From positions 3,560 to 38,741 of the forward strand of contig CAYPJC010000001.1 of assembly GCA_964410855.1 (NCBI GenBank): DNA of 35,182 nucleotides, written 5' to 3'. The stretch's first letter is position 1, and every line of letters starts with the position of its first letter. The notes under the pieces were generated by a model. It was not told the origin of the DNA. It saw nothing but the letters and a program-made list of their open reading frames with translations, and did not search any database. Made by a program: the position numbers and the translations under genes. The DNA comes from an uncultured Flavobacteriales bacterium. GTDB lineage: Bacteria > Bacteroidota > Bacteroidia > Flavobacteriales_E > Vicingaceae. Shown one piece after another: positions 8,717 through 18,304 of the stretch.

Positions 8717-9981
8717 ACAATTCCCTTTTTATGTCTGAGGTTAAAAATTAAATACAAGCCCATAGTAATAAATGCTTCAGTTATTATCACAGATGCTACA
8801 GTTCCGAAGGCAGAATATTTAGAAGCTAAAATAACATTTAAAAAGATATTTAGTACTGAGCCAGTAATAGCAATTAAAGAGTAACTTTTTCTAAGGTCAT
8901 AGGCTAACAAAGATTGGTATGCTGGAATATTCAATGCTACTATAATTGGCACTAAAGTGAGCCACTTTAATAATTGAACACTATACACAGATGGGGACTT
9001 AGTTAATAAAAATATAATTTGCTCTGCATAAACGAAAGTGCCCAGTGAAAGGATAGCGATTAAGATAAAAAATGGAATAAAAATTTGCTTGTAGAACTTA
9101 ATTAATTGATCAAATCCTTTTTCAGCAAGATGACAAATATGTGGATAAATAGCTTGAGAAAAAACAACTAATATTTGTCTTATTCCCATAATTATCTTTT
9201 CTGCAACGCTATAGTATCCAGTGACTATGTTTGAAGTGAATAAGCCTAAAATAAATAAGTTTGAGTTGGTATACGATGCTGTCATAAAGTTTGCAGTGAA
9301 GAGGCTCCACCCATTTTTGAGTTCGATTTTTACTTCCTTAAAAGAAGGCTGTATCCAAGATAATTTAAATTTTCTTTTTGCATAAATAATACCAATTAGG
9401 CCTGAAATAATATTTCCTAAGCCAAAGAAAAACAAGACAAAAGGGTAGTCATCATTTTCATTAATAAACAAGAAAATTAATGCAACAAATAAAATTTTTG
9501 CGGCAAGATTTATGTACGTTATGTATTTCATTTTTTCAATCCCTTGAAAAAACCAAATCGGTAAAATGCTTTGTCCAATAACAATTGAAAAACCAAAAAT
9601 AAATGATTTTTTTTCTTCATGGAATTGCGGAATAATGGAAATTAGAACCAAGAGTATTAACGCAGATCCTGCAGTTAACAGAAGTTTTATAAAGAGCACT
9701 TTGCTGAAAATGGCGGAAATTTTGTTTTTATTTTCTTTATTTAAAGCAATTTCTCTTGTCGCGGTTATGGGGAAACCGTAATCAGTCAAGCTGTAAAAAT
9801 AAATCATGACAGCTTGTACGAAGCTAAAAATACCATAGCCTTCAATCCCTATAGTTTTTATAAGATAGGGCATAATAATAAGCGGAATCAAAAAATTTGT
9901 CCCTTGAAGAATGCCTAGCGCAAAAAAATTTTTGAAGACTGTAACCCGCCCAACCAGCAAAGAATTGAACTTGTTTATCAT
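8713..9981 (-). CDS. wzx: Wzx-type oligosaccharide flippase (MOP superfamily polysaccharide biosynthesis protein)
   Basis: 422 aa with about 12 TM helices and a polysaccharide-biosynthesis-protein-like N-terminus. It is the first gene of the operon and overlaps the methyltransferase gene by ATGA. Confidence 0.75.
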   Translation of the reverse strand: MINKFNSLLVGRVTVFKNFFALGILQGTNFLIPLIIMPYLIKTIGIEGYGIFSFVQAVMIYFYSLTDYGFPITATREIALNKENKNKISAIFSKVLFIKLLLTAGSALILLVLISIIPQFHEEKKSFIFGFSIVIGQSILPIWFFQGIEKMKYITYINLAAKILFVALIFLFINENDDYPFVLFFFGLGNIISGLIGIIYAKRKFKLSWIQPSFKEVKIELKNGWSLFTANFMTASYTNSNLFILGLFTSNIVTGYYSVAEKIIMGIRQILVVFSQAIYPHICHLAEKGFDQLIKFYKQIFIPFFILIAILSLGTFVYAEQIIFLLTKSPSVYSVQLLKWLTLVPIIVALNIPAYQSLLAYDLRKSYSLIAITGSVLNIFLNVILASKYSAFGTVASVIITEAFITMGLYLIFNLRHKKGIV

Positions 9982-10045
9982 GCGATGCTATTAAGAAATA
10001 TCAGAACGTAAACTTAAGAAGATTAACAAGCAATCTTAACTTATC

Positions 10046-10053
10046 TAATTTTG
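10046..10053 (+). promoter_or_regulatory. Candidate -7 box (TAnnTTTG) for the Wzz-like gene
   Basis: TAATTTTG lies in the 128-nt divergent intergenic region, 57 nt upstream of the ATG at 10110. Confidence 0.3.
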
Positions 10054-10109
10054 ATTATATATAATTGCATTCTGTTTAGTATGATTCAAATTTTTTAAGA
10101 TTAAAATAT

Positions 10110-10877
10110 ATGGATAAAGATGAGTTTGACCTTTCAAAAAATAGTGTGTTCAGAAATATTTTCTCTTTTATAGGGACTATTTGGAAAAGAAAATTGATTC
10201 TTTTCCCTTTGTTGTGCCTTGGTATTGCCTATGGGTATTATCATGAGAGTCAAAAGGTTGAAACCCAAGCCTGTAAAGTATATTTTAAATCGAAGTACTT
10301 AGGTTTAAAAGACACTAAAGTGATTATTCGCAATTTAAATGATCAGATTCAGGCTGGGAATACAAAAGTTATTGGAATATCATTTGCACCTATTTATTCG
10401 GTTCAGATAATTGAAAATTTATTCAATTACGAATGGTTCTTTAAGTTGGAAGAATTGACAATGCACTATCCTGAAGAGGTGTTAAGGTGGGTAAAACTGC
10501 AAGAGTCAGTATCTATGGAAGTTGAATTTCTAAATACAAATGATAAAGAAGAAGCTTTGGCTTCAATTTATCAATATTTAGAAAACCACCCATATGTTGA
10601 AAAGAGAAGGGGAGAGTTAGAAGATGAGGTTTTAAGTAAGATAGAATTATTCTCAAATGCCTTGATTGTGAGTGATAGCTCTCTTACTTTAGAACAATTA
10701 AAGATTCAAGCTGAAATTTTAAGTTTAAAATCCTCTTTAAAAGAGCTAAAGAACATTGAAGTTATGGCTGTTTCTCCAACCATTGAGAAAAATAATTTTC
10801 AACTAAGCTTTATTATTAGAGTTGGACTTGCTTTTGTTTTTGGTGGTATGCTATTAATCGCTTTGTTTTGGAAGTAA
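10110..10877 (+). CDS. Small polysaccharide co-polymerase (Wzz-like chain-length determinant) candidate
   Basis: 255 aa. The topology is one N-terminal TM (LILFPLLCLGIAYGYY) and one C-terminal TM (VGLAFVFGGMLLIALFW) flanking a predicted coiled-coil-rich periplasmic region. The N-terminus DEFDLSKN...IWKRKLIL resembles a Wzz domain start. It is divergent from the wzx operon. Confidence 0.4.
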   Translation: MDKDEFDLSKNSVFRNIFSFIGTIWKRKLILFPLLCLGIAYGYYHESQKVETQACKVYFKSKYLGLKDTKVIIRNLNDQIQAGNTKVIGISFAPIYSVQIIENLFNYEWFFKLEELTMHYPEEVLRWVKLQESVSMEVEFLNTNDKEEALASIYQYLENHPYVEKRRGELEDEVLSKIELFSNALIVSDSSLTLEQLKIQAEILSLKSSLKELKNIEVMAVSPTIEKNNFQLSFIIRVGLAFVFGGMLLIALFWK

Positions 10878-10908
10878 ACTTAGGCACTGCTTTTGCAAAG
10901 GATTGTAT

Positions 10909-12231
10909 ATGAAAAAGCTATTGTTACTTTTTTTTTTAATTCCTTCTGTAGGATTTTCTCAACTATTTCTTTCTGAGAAAGTATTTAACCTTGGTGAAAT
11001 AAGCCAATTGAATGAAGATGTTATTGATTTAAATATAGTTAATCAATCTGATGAAGCCATATTTATTTTAAGAATTGAATCGGCTTCTGGAGTTGCAATT
11101 AAGTTCACTTCAAAAAATTTAAAACCAAATTCTGCAGAATTGATTCGGATCAAACTCAATCCAAAAAAAACGGGTAAAATTAAGGAAGAAGTAAAATTTT
11201 ATTTCAGCAGTAATCAAACACCTACAACAATTGAAATTACAGCTGATGTAAAAATAATTCCAAAAGATAATCGACAAGCTTGTCCAAATTTCACATCAAC
11301 AGATAGGCCACAAGCAAATTTTCAACAATTCGCTAATGAGCAACAAGCAGGAGAGATTAGTTCTTTTTTTGTAGAGTTAATTCCAGAAAAGAATCGAGAC
11401 CAATGGCAATTGGCAAAAGAAGAAATGCTTATAAATAATTCAAATGAAGCAATTGCAGAAAAAAGTAGTGCTGAACAAGTTTATTCTCAAAAGGAATTAG
11501 TTCAGAAAAAAGAAAAAATGACTCCTGAGGAGCGTGGAAATGCACCTTCAATCATCGAAACACTTTTTGGAAATATGGAAGATGTTAATGAACAAAAGAA
11601 CGTGAATGTGACTGAACCGCTAGAACAAAATGAACATTTGCCTAGTATTACCCTAAATACGATTGGATTGGATAACTCATTTAAGCCCAATAACATCGTT
11701 TTTTTAATCGATGCTTCTACCTCAATGCGGGAAGATGAGCGCATGGATTTGCTAAAGAAGGCGATGATTAATTTGTTAGAGAGCCTTCGGGAAATTGATT
11801 ATTTATCTATCGTTACTTATTCAGGTGAAGCAACACTATTATTGGAGCCAACCTCAGGTGTTTCAAAAGAGGCCATTCGGAGAAGCATTGATAATATTAC
11901 GGCAGATGGAAGTACTCAGGCTGTAAAAGGAATAAAGAAAGCATTACAGACTGGAAATTCTAGTTTTATTGAAGGAGGGAATAATCAAATTATTTTAGCC
12001 ACAGATGGAGCCTTTAATATCGGTGAAAGAAATATGAGCTTGCGCAAGAAGATTGAGGAATCTGCTAAAAATGGATTGACAATTACTGTTCTTGGTATAA
12101 AAAACGATCGGTGGACAAATAAATCATTAAAGGAAATCAGTGAATTGGGTAACGGTGACTTAATTCACATTAACAATGAAAGAGATGCCGAAAAGGTGTT
12201 AGAGGAGATAAAACGAAAATCAAAAATTTGA
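10909..12231 (+). CDS. Secreted von Willebrand factor A (vWA) domain protein with N-terminal Ig-like (DUF1573-like) domain
   Basis: The signal peptide is MKKLLLLFFLIPSVGFS|Q. The ORF track starts at TTG 10903, but ATG 10909 is more likely. The MIDAS motif DASTS is at 11710-11724, with downstream TDG (ILATDGAFN). A low-complexity acidic linker separates the domains. Confidence 0.8.
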   Translation: MKKLLLLFFLIPSVGFSQLFLSEKVFNLGEISQLNEDVIDLNIVNQSDEAIFILRIESASGVAIKFTSKNLKPNSAELIRIKLNPKKTGKIKEEVKFYFSSNQTPTTIEITADVKIIPKDNRQACPNFTSTDRPQANFQQFANEQQAGEISSFFVELIPEKNRDQWQLAKEEMLINNSNEAIAEKSSAEQVYSQKELVQKKEKMTPEERGNAPSIIETLFGNMEDVNEQKNVNVTEPLEQNEHLPSITLNTIGLDNSFKPNNIVFLIDASTSMREDERMDLLKKAMINLLESLREIDYLSIVTYSGEATLLLEPTSGVSKEAIRRSIDNITADGSTQAVKGIKKALQTGNSSFIEGGNNQIILATDGAFNIGERNMSLRKKIEESAKNGLTITVLGIKNDRWTNKSLKEISELGNGDLIHINNERDAEKVLEEIKRKSKI

Positions 12232-12468
12232 TTATTATTTAAAAAGAAACATGCCATTTTGCGGAACACTCGCTTCAAGTCGATCTTTAAAAATGAGACT
12301 CTTTTCTTTAGAATTCTGAATTGTCATCGCTACCATCGCTATTGTAAATGCTATTGTAAATGAAATGATATTTCGTTTGGCAGCGTTTTGATTGGAAGTC
12401 ATGTTAAAAATATTAATTCTCAGGTGCAAATTTTATCAATTAATCTGGAGAATACCTCAATTCTACGT

Positions 12469-12476
12469 TAAATTTG
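12469..12476 (+). promoter_or_regulatory. Candidate -7 box (TAnnTTTG) for dxr
   Basis: TAAATTTG ends 19 nt before the dxr ATG at 12496. Confidence 0.4.
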
Positions 12477-12495
12477 TTAGCTAAGTTTCATACCA

Positions 12496-13662
12496 ATGAA
12501 AGAAAGCTCTAAAAAGAGAAAAATTGCCATATTAGGTTCCACGGGATCTATTGGCACGCAGGCCCTTGATGTTATTAAGCAAAACCCTAATTTATTTGAA
12601 GTTGAGGTTCTTACAGCTCACTCTAATCATGAGCTACTAATTGCTCAGGCTCTTGAGTTTAAACCCAATGCAGTAGTTATTGGTGATGAATCTAAGTATG
12701 ATTTAGTTTCAGAAATCCTTTGGAAAGAAGATATAAAAACATATGCTGGAGAGGAAGCCCTAGAGCAAGTGGTTCAGATGGATGAAGTTGACTTAGTTTT
12801 AACAGCTCTAGTTGGGTATGCAGGATTGAAACCAACGATTGCGGCTATAAAAGCAAAAAAGGCAATAGCCTTGGCAAATAAGGAAACCCTAGTTGTTGCA
12901 GGAGAGTTGATTACTAAACTTGCAAGGGAAAATCAAGTCCCCATTTTACCTGTTGATTCAGAGCATTCAGCTATTTTTCAATGCTTGGTTGGAGAATTTC
13001 AAAATAAAATAGAAAAAATATACCTCACAGCTTCGGGTGGGCCATTTAGAGGAAAAACAATCGATGAGTTAAAGGATGTAACAACTGAGCAGGCGCTAAA
13101 ACATCCCAATTGGGAAATGGGTGCTAAAATTACCATTGATTCTGCAACCTTAATGAACAAGGGATTTGAGGTCATTGAAGCTAAGTGGCTTTTTGATTTG
13201 GATGCTAGTCAAATTGATGTTATTGTTCACCCACAATCCATCATTCATTCCATCGTTCAGTTTGAGGATGGCAGTATGAAAGCTCAAATGGGTTTGCCTG
13301 ATATGAAACTCCCAATCCAATATGCTCTGACTTACCCTTCGAGAATTTCCTCAAGTTTTCCGAGATTTAATTTTTTAGACTATCCCCAACTTACTTTCGA
13401 ACAAGCTGATCGTGCTACTTTTAAAAACTTAGACTTAGCATTTGAAGCTCTAAAATTAGGAGGAACCGCTGCTTGTGCCTTAAATGCAGCAAATGAAATA
13501 ACAAATTTAGCTTTTCGAAATAAGCAGATCAGTTTTTTGCAAATTGCAGAAATTAACGCGAAGGTGATGAAAGAAACCACTTTTGTGAAAACACCACAAT
13601 TGGAAGATTATGTTGCTTGCAATGATGAGGCAAGGAGGCTGGCAAGTTTAATGACCCATTAA
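12496..13662 (+). CDS. dxr: 1-deoxy-D-xylulose 5-phosphate reductoisomerase
   Basis: 388 aa. ILGSTGSIGTQALDV (NADPH site), LANKETLV, DSEHSAIFQC and HPNWEMGAKITIDSATLMNKG are diagnostic. Confidence 0.95.
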   Translation: MKESSKKRKIAILGSTGSIGTQALDVIKQNPNLFEVEVLTAHSNHELLIAQALEFKPNAVVIGDESKYDLVSEILWKEDIKTYAGEEALEQVVQMDEVDLVLTALVGYAGLKPTIAAIKAKKAIALANKETLVVAGELITKLARENQVPILPVDSEHSAIFQCLVGEFQNKIEKIYLTASGGPFRGKTIDELKDVTTEQALKHPNWEMGAKITIDSATLMNKGFEVIEAKWLFDLDASQIDVIVHPQSIIHSIVQFEDGSMKAQMGLPDMKLPIQYALTYPSRISSSFPRFNFLDYPQLTFEQADRATFKNLDLAFEALKLGGTAACALNAANEITNLAFRNKQISFLQIAEINAKVMKETTFVKTPQLEDYVACNDEARRLASLMTH

Positions 13663-13719
13663 TCTTTATAATACTTGTTAAAGCAGGCATTCAATTTCAT
13701 CTAGAGCTTGATTAATAAG

Positions 13720-13727
13720 TACTTTTG
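13720..13727 (+). promoter_or_regulatory. Candidate -7 box (TAnnTTTG) for rseP
   Basis: TACTTTTG ends 17 nt before the ATG at 13745. Confidence 0.4.
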
Positions 13728-13744
13728 CGGCTTAATTTTTATTG

Positions 13745-15064
13745 ATGGAAATTTTAATTCAAGCCTCTCAACTTCTTCTAAGTCTTTCAATTCTTGTGGT
13801 TCTTCACGAATTGGGACACTTTATTCCTGCCAAACTTTTTAAGACACGAGTAGAAAAGTTCTATTTATTTTTTGATCCATGGTTTTCTCTATTTAAGTTT
13901 AAAAGGGGAGATACAGAATACGGAATAGGGTGGTTGCCTTTAGGGGGATATGTGAAGATTTCTGGAATGATTGACGAGTCAATGGATAAGGAGCAAATGA
14001 AAGAAGAGCCCAAAGAATGGGAGTTTCGTTCAAAACCAGCTTGGCAACGATTGATAATAATGCTTGGGGGTGTTACTGTAAATGTAATTCTAGGTATGGC
14101 AATTTATGCCATGGTTCTTTTTGTTTGGGGGAATGAGTATATACCAACTAGCAGTCTTAAGTATGGAATATATGCTGATTCTACGGCTACTGAAATGGGC
14201 TTGCGAAATGGAGACAAAATTCTTACCGTTGGCGGTAAAGAAGTAGAGAAATTCAGTGATATTCAAATGAATATTTTATTGGATGATCAAAATACAATTG
14301 AAGTTGACCGAAATGGACAAATTAAAAAAATTGAAGTCCCTCAATCCGCCATTGCACAAATCATAAAAAATCAAAAGCCCTTTATAAAGCCAGCAATAAT
14401 GCCATTGGTGGAAGAAGTAATGAGTGGCTCAAATGCTGAAAAGGCGGGTCTAAAAAAGGATGATCAACTCATAAGAATCAATGGGGTATCCACTCCGTTT
14501 TTTCAAGATGTGGTTAAAACGTTGGGCACACTTAAAGAACAAGATATTAGCTTGACAGTATTAAGGGTTGGAGCAGAATTGAAATTGAACGCAACGGTAA
14601 CGAAAAATGGAACCTTAGGCTTTGGTGTGCAACCAATTACTCAACAATTGACTGTAGAAACTGAAAAGTATGGATTGCTTGAATCTATTCCTGCAGGTAT
14701 TAATAAGGCTTACGACTCTTTCAATAATTACATTAAACAGATAAAGCTGATTTTTAAACCCGAGACTGAAGCCTACAAATCTCTTGGTGGGTTTATTACT
14801 ATAGGGAAAGCTTTTTCTCCTAAATGGGATTGGGAGCGCTTTTGGAACTTTACTGCATTTTTATCAATCATTTTGGCTATCATGAACATTTTGCCAATTC
14901 CTGCTTTGGACGGGGGGCATGTAATGTTTTTGGTTTATGAAATCATAACAGGAAGAAAGCCTCATGATAAAGTAATGGAATATGCTCAAATTGCAGGCAT
15001 TGTCATCTTATTAGCACTCATGGTCATGGCTAACGGTAATGACATTATTAAATTGTTTCAATAA
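13745..15064 (+). CDS. rseP: RIP (site-2) zinc metalloprotease RseP
   Basis: HELGHF is in TM1, PDZ region(s) are central, and NILPIPALDGGH is near the C-terminus. The dxr-rseP adjacency is conserved. The ORF track begins at TTG 13742; ATG 13745 is adjacent. Confidence 0.9.
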   Translation: MEILIQASQLLLSLSILVVLHELGHFIPAKLFKTRVEKFYLFFDPWFSLFKFKRGDTEYGIGWLPLGGYVKISGMIDESMDKEQMKEEPKEWEFRSKPAWQRLIIMLGGVTVNVILGMAIYAMVLFVWGNEYIPTSSLKYGIYADSTATEMGLRNGDKILTVGGKEVEKFSDIQMNILLDDQNTIEVDRNGQIKKIEVPQSAIAQIIKNQKPFIKPAIMPLVEEVMSGSNAEKAGLKKDDQLIRINGVSTPFFQDVVKTLGTLKEQDISLTVLRVGAELKLNATVTKNGTLGFGVQPITQQLTVETEKYGLLESIPAGINKAYDSFNNYIKQIKLIFKPETEAYKSLGGFITIGKAFSPKWDWERFWNFTAFLSIILAIMNILPIPALDGGHVMFLVYEIITGRKPHDKVMEYAQIAGIVILLALMVMANGNDIIKLFQ

Positions 15065-15147
15065 TTATTAACAAACCACTGTGCCTAAATCTTTCTTTTT
15101 CTAAGCTTGGTAAGCAATTGATGGCTTTAAATTTGGTGAAAAAGATT

Positions 15148-15984
15148 ATGAAACTACTTGGGTTATCATTCTTGGTGTTTATATCATCTATTAGTCAAGC
15201 GCAGCATTCCACTTTAAGGTTTACAGATGAGCCGATTAGTTTTAATCAGCAATCTGTATTGTTAGTTCCTTTTAAGAGTAAGATGTATTTATCGGATATT
15301 AACCGAGAGCTTGCTGTTGAGAATGAATTAACAACGAACGAAATCATTCAACGCTTTACCAACGGTATTGATCAAAGCATCTTGTTTGCTTTTGAAAAGA
15401 ATTGCAACATCGCTTCATTTTACGAATTGGAAGATGAAGAATCAGATCAAGACTTAAATTACATCTACGATAACTTAAGATTAGAATATGAGTTAGTCTC
15501 TACAGATGAAAATAAAAAAGGGCTTAAAAATTTAAAGAATAAGTTCAAAAAGAAAGAAGAACAAACTTATCAAAGTGGAGAAATTAGAAACGGGGAAATA
15601 TATACAGAAACAGATACCCGTGAACGTTATATGAAAGCGGTTGTAGAGAACAATGAGATGCTAGACAGCATGCATTACAAATTCGATAATACTTACTTTC
15701 TATTCATTACAGAATTAGACATTAGAAATCAGTACACGGATGCTATTTCTATGCAGCAAATGGATTATAGTAGGGAATTAAAGCTGCATTATACCATTTA
15801 TCATAAAGATGGGCAAATACTATCAACAGGAGTTTCTACTACTAGCTTTCCTTCTTCTTTAAACGATATAAATAAAATTATTAGCGGCTATTTCCCTATC
15901 CTTGCTCAGAATATTTACGACGACCTTTTTTCTTCAGAACCAGCAGAAAATTCATCAAAACTAGACCTTAAGTTATGGAAGTAA
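15148..15984 (+). CDS. Secreted hypothetical protein
   Basis: The ORF is open from TTG 15118, but MKLLGLSFLVFISSISQA|QHS from ATG 15148 is a clean signal peptide. The central segment is Lys/Glu-rich. I recognise no motif. The 3' end overlaps the antiporter gene by 10 nt. Confidence 0.55.
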   Translation: MKLLGLSFLVFISSISQAQHSTLRFTDEPISFNQQSVLLVPFKSKMYLSDINRELAVENELTTNEIIQRFTNGIDQSILFAFEKNCNIASFYELEDEESDQDLNYIYDNLRLEYELVSTDENKKGLKNLKNKFKKKEEQTYQSGEIRNGEIYTETDTRERYMKAVVENNEMLDSMHYKFDNTYFLFITELDIRNQYTDAISMQQMDYSRELKLHYTIYHKDGQILSTGVSTTSFPSSLNDINKIISGYFPILAQNIYDDLFSSEPAENSSKLDLKLWK

Positions 15985-17285
15985 TTAGTCCTTATACCGC
16001 AATCATTGGCATAAGTTTAATCATTATTCTTTCTTACTTTTTCAATATAATATCACAGAAAACAAACATTCCTTCTGTTTTAATGCTAATTGGGCTTGGT
16101 GTTTTATTGAAACAAGGGATGAATTTCTTAGATATTACTGCAGGAGATTCTCTATTTAACATACTAGAGCTTTTAGGAATTGTAGGTTTAATTATGATTG
16201 TTTTGGAGGCAGCACTTGATTTAAGGCTGACAAAAGACAAATGGCCCACAATTTGGAAATCATTTAGCGTTGCACTTTTATCTCTTGGCCTTTCCGCTGG
16301 TGCTATTGCTTACATATTACATTTTTTCATATTCCCTGACTTGTTTACTTCACTATTGTATGCGATTCCATTATCGATAATGAGCAGCGCAATCATTATT
16401 CCTTCTGTAGGGGGCCTTTCTGAAGAGAAAAAGGAATTTATGGTATATGAAGGCACATTTTCAGATATTCTGGGAATCATGTTTTTTTACTTTTTAATAG
16501 GAAATGCAGGAGAAAATAGTGCAAAAGTTGTATTGATGGATGTAGTGGGTAATATCACTATAACAGTAGTTTTATCTGTATTAATTAGCTATGGATTGGT
16601 TCTTATTTTTCAAAAGCTAACGTCTCAAGTAAAGTTATTTTTATTAATAGCAGTGCTTCTAATTTTATATTCCGTTGGTAAGTTATTCCACCTATCATCA
16701 TTGTTGATTATTTTAATTTTTGGGTTAGTACTTAATAATCAAAAATTATTTTTTAGAGGATTTTTGAAAAAGTTGATAGATCCTACAAAAGTTAAACGAA
16801 TATTGGAAGATTTTCATTTGGTAACTGTTGAATCAGCTTTTGTAGTGAGAACATTTTTCTTTGTGTTGTTTGGAATAACTATAGCATTATCTAGTTTGTT
16901 AAATGCTGAGGTTGCAATTATAAGTCTAGCTATTTTAGCAGCTTTATATTTAATTCGAATAATTTTAATTAAAATTTTTATTCAGAAAGATATATTACCT
17001 CAAATTTTTCTTGCTCCTAGAGGTTTAATTACTATTCTTTTATTCTTTGCTATCCCTGATGAATTTGAAAATGAAAGCTTCGATTCTGGAATACTTCTCT
17101 ACACCATAATAGTTTCTTGCATAATTATGGCTGTAGCTTTGGTTGCTAGTGGTAAAAAAGTCATTCCTATAGACGATATGTCTTTCATTTATGGTCCAAC
17201 AAAGCTTGAAGAAACAGAAGCTCCAACTAATGGAGATATCACAAATCTTGAACAAATAGATTCAAAAAACGATAAAATTGATTGA
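15975..17285 (+). CDS. Cation:proton antiporter (CPA/Na+-H+ exchanger family)
   Basis: 436 aa with about 11-12 TM helices. The organisation and composition fit Na_H_Exchanger family membranes (for example LLELLGIVGLIMIVLEAALDL). There is no soluble regulatory domain. Confidence 0.75.
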   Translation: MEVISPYTAIIGISLIIILSYFFNIISQKTNIPSVLMLIGLGVLLKQGMNFLDITAGDSLFNILELLGIVGLIMIVLEAALDLRLTKDKWPTIWKSFSVALLSLGLSAGAIAYILHFFIFPDLFTSLLYAIPLSIMSSAIIIPSVGGLSEEKKEFMVYEGTFSDILGIMFFYFLIGNAGENSAKVVLMDVVGNITITVVLSVLISYGLVLIFQKLTSQVKLFLLIAVLLILYSVGKLFHLSSLLIILIFGLVLNNQKLFFRGFLKKLIDPTKVKRILEDFHLVTVESAFVVRTFFFVLFGITIALSSLLNAEVAIISLAILAALYLIRIILIKIFIQKDILPQIFLAPRGLITILLFFAIPDEFENESFDSGILLYTIIVSCIIMAVALVASGKKVIPIDDMSFIYGPTKLEETEAPTNGDITNLEQIDSKNDKID

Positions 17286-17301
17286 ATAAAACAAAACACA
17301 T

Positions 17302-18264
17302 GTGTCAATAATTCTAAAACTTTCGAGTTCACCTTTAACTAAAACTATTACAGCAATACTTGCTATTGCTTTTGTTTTGTTACAAGGGTTAAAACTCGCT
17401 TTTAGTAATGATGTTGAACAACTTGTTTACACCACTCTTTTTGGCCAATCTGATGCAGTCTCCAGAGTATTCTATGTAATTGTTAACTCCATAAGTATAT
17501 TTTTATCGATATGGATTTTGATGGAAATTAACTCAGCGAATCGATTTATAGATAAGGATCCATTTCCTTTGGGGGTATTTATTTTTGTTGGACTAACGTC
17601 AATGCCTTCTGTTTTACTATTTCCTGAAATTCAATTCTCTGCCTTGCTCATAGTTTTTGTCTTGTACTTGTTAATGTTAATTTACAATAACAATAATATT
17701 TCGGGTATTCTTTTCGGGTCTTCTATTCTTGTAGGCCTTTCAGCATTATTCTTTTATCCTTTTGCAATTTATCTCATATTGATTTTCGTAGGGTTTTATA
17801 TTTTTAAGCCATTCGATATCAGAAGTTTCATGTTTGTTATACTCGGCCCTACTTTACTTTACCTTTACCTTTTTTCCGCTGCTTTTATCTTTAATTGGGA
17901 TTTATTTTTAGAACAAAAAATAGAGTGGTTTCAAATGATTTATTTTAACCAGTTATTTTCGCTAAAATATCTTGGAATTACCAGTCTCTTCATAATTGGA
18001 GGGCTATCTCTTGCAAGAGCTTATAATTATAGGCAGAAACTAATAGTTCGACAACGAAATCAACTTTTAGTAGTATTTACATTTTTAGTTTTATCAGTGA
18101 CTTTGGCCTTGTTTTTCGATATTCATAAAACATTATTCTTGATTCTTTTACCTTTAGGGTTCTTTTTCCTTTTCTTGTACCATAATTTAAAAAGAAAATG
18201 GATTTTGGATGGCATACTCTTGATTATTTTATTTTACAATACTTGGCAGTCTTTTCTAAGCTAA
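17302..18264 (+). CDS. Polytopic membrane protein of unknown function
   Basis: 320 aa with a GTG start and about 9 hydrophobic helices. No catalytic motif recognised. Confidence 0.55.
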   Translation: MSIILKLSSSPLTKTITAILAIAFVLLQGLKLAFSNDVEQLVYTTLFGQSDAVSRVFYVIVNSISIFLSIWILMEINSANRFIDKDPFPLGVFIFVGLTSMPSVLLFPEIQFSALLIVFVLYLLMLIYNNNNISGILFGSSILVGLSALFFYPFAIYLILIFVGFYIFKPFDIRSFMFVILGPTLLYLYLFSAAFIFNWDLFLEQKIEWFQMIYFNQLFSLKYLGITSLFIIGGLSLARAYNYRQKLIVRQRNQLLVVFTFLVLSVTLALFFDIHKTLFLILLPLGFFFLFLYHNLKRKWILDGILLIILFYNTWQSFLS

Positions 18265-18281
18265 TTTAATTGGCTTTTACT

Positions 18282-18289
18282 TACTTTTG
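18282..18289 (+). promoter_or_regulatory. Candidate -7 box (TAnnTTTG) for purQ
   Basis: TACTTTTG ends 15 nt before the purQ ATG at 18305. Confidence 0.4.
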
Positions 18290-18304
18290 TAAAAAATTAT
18301 TTCA

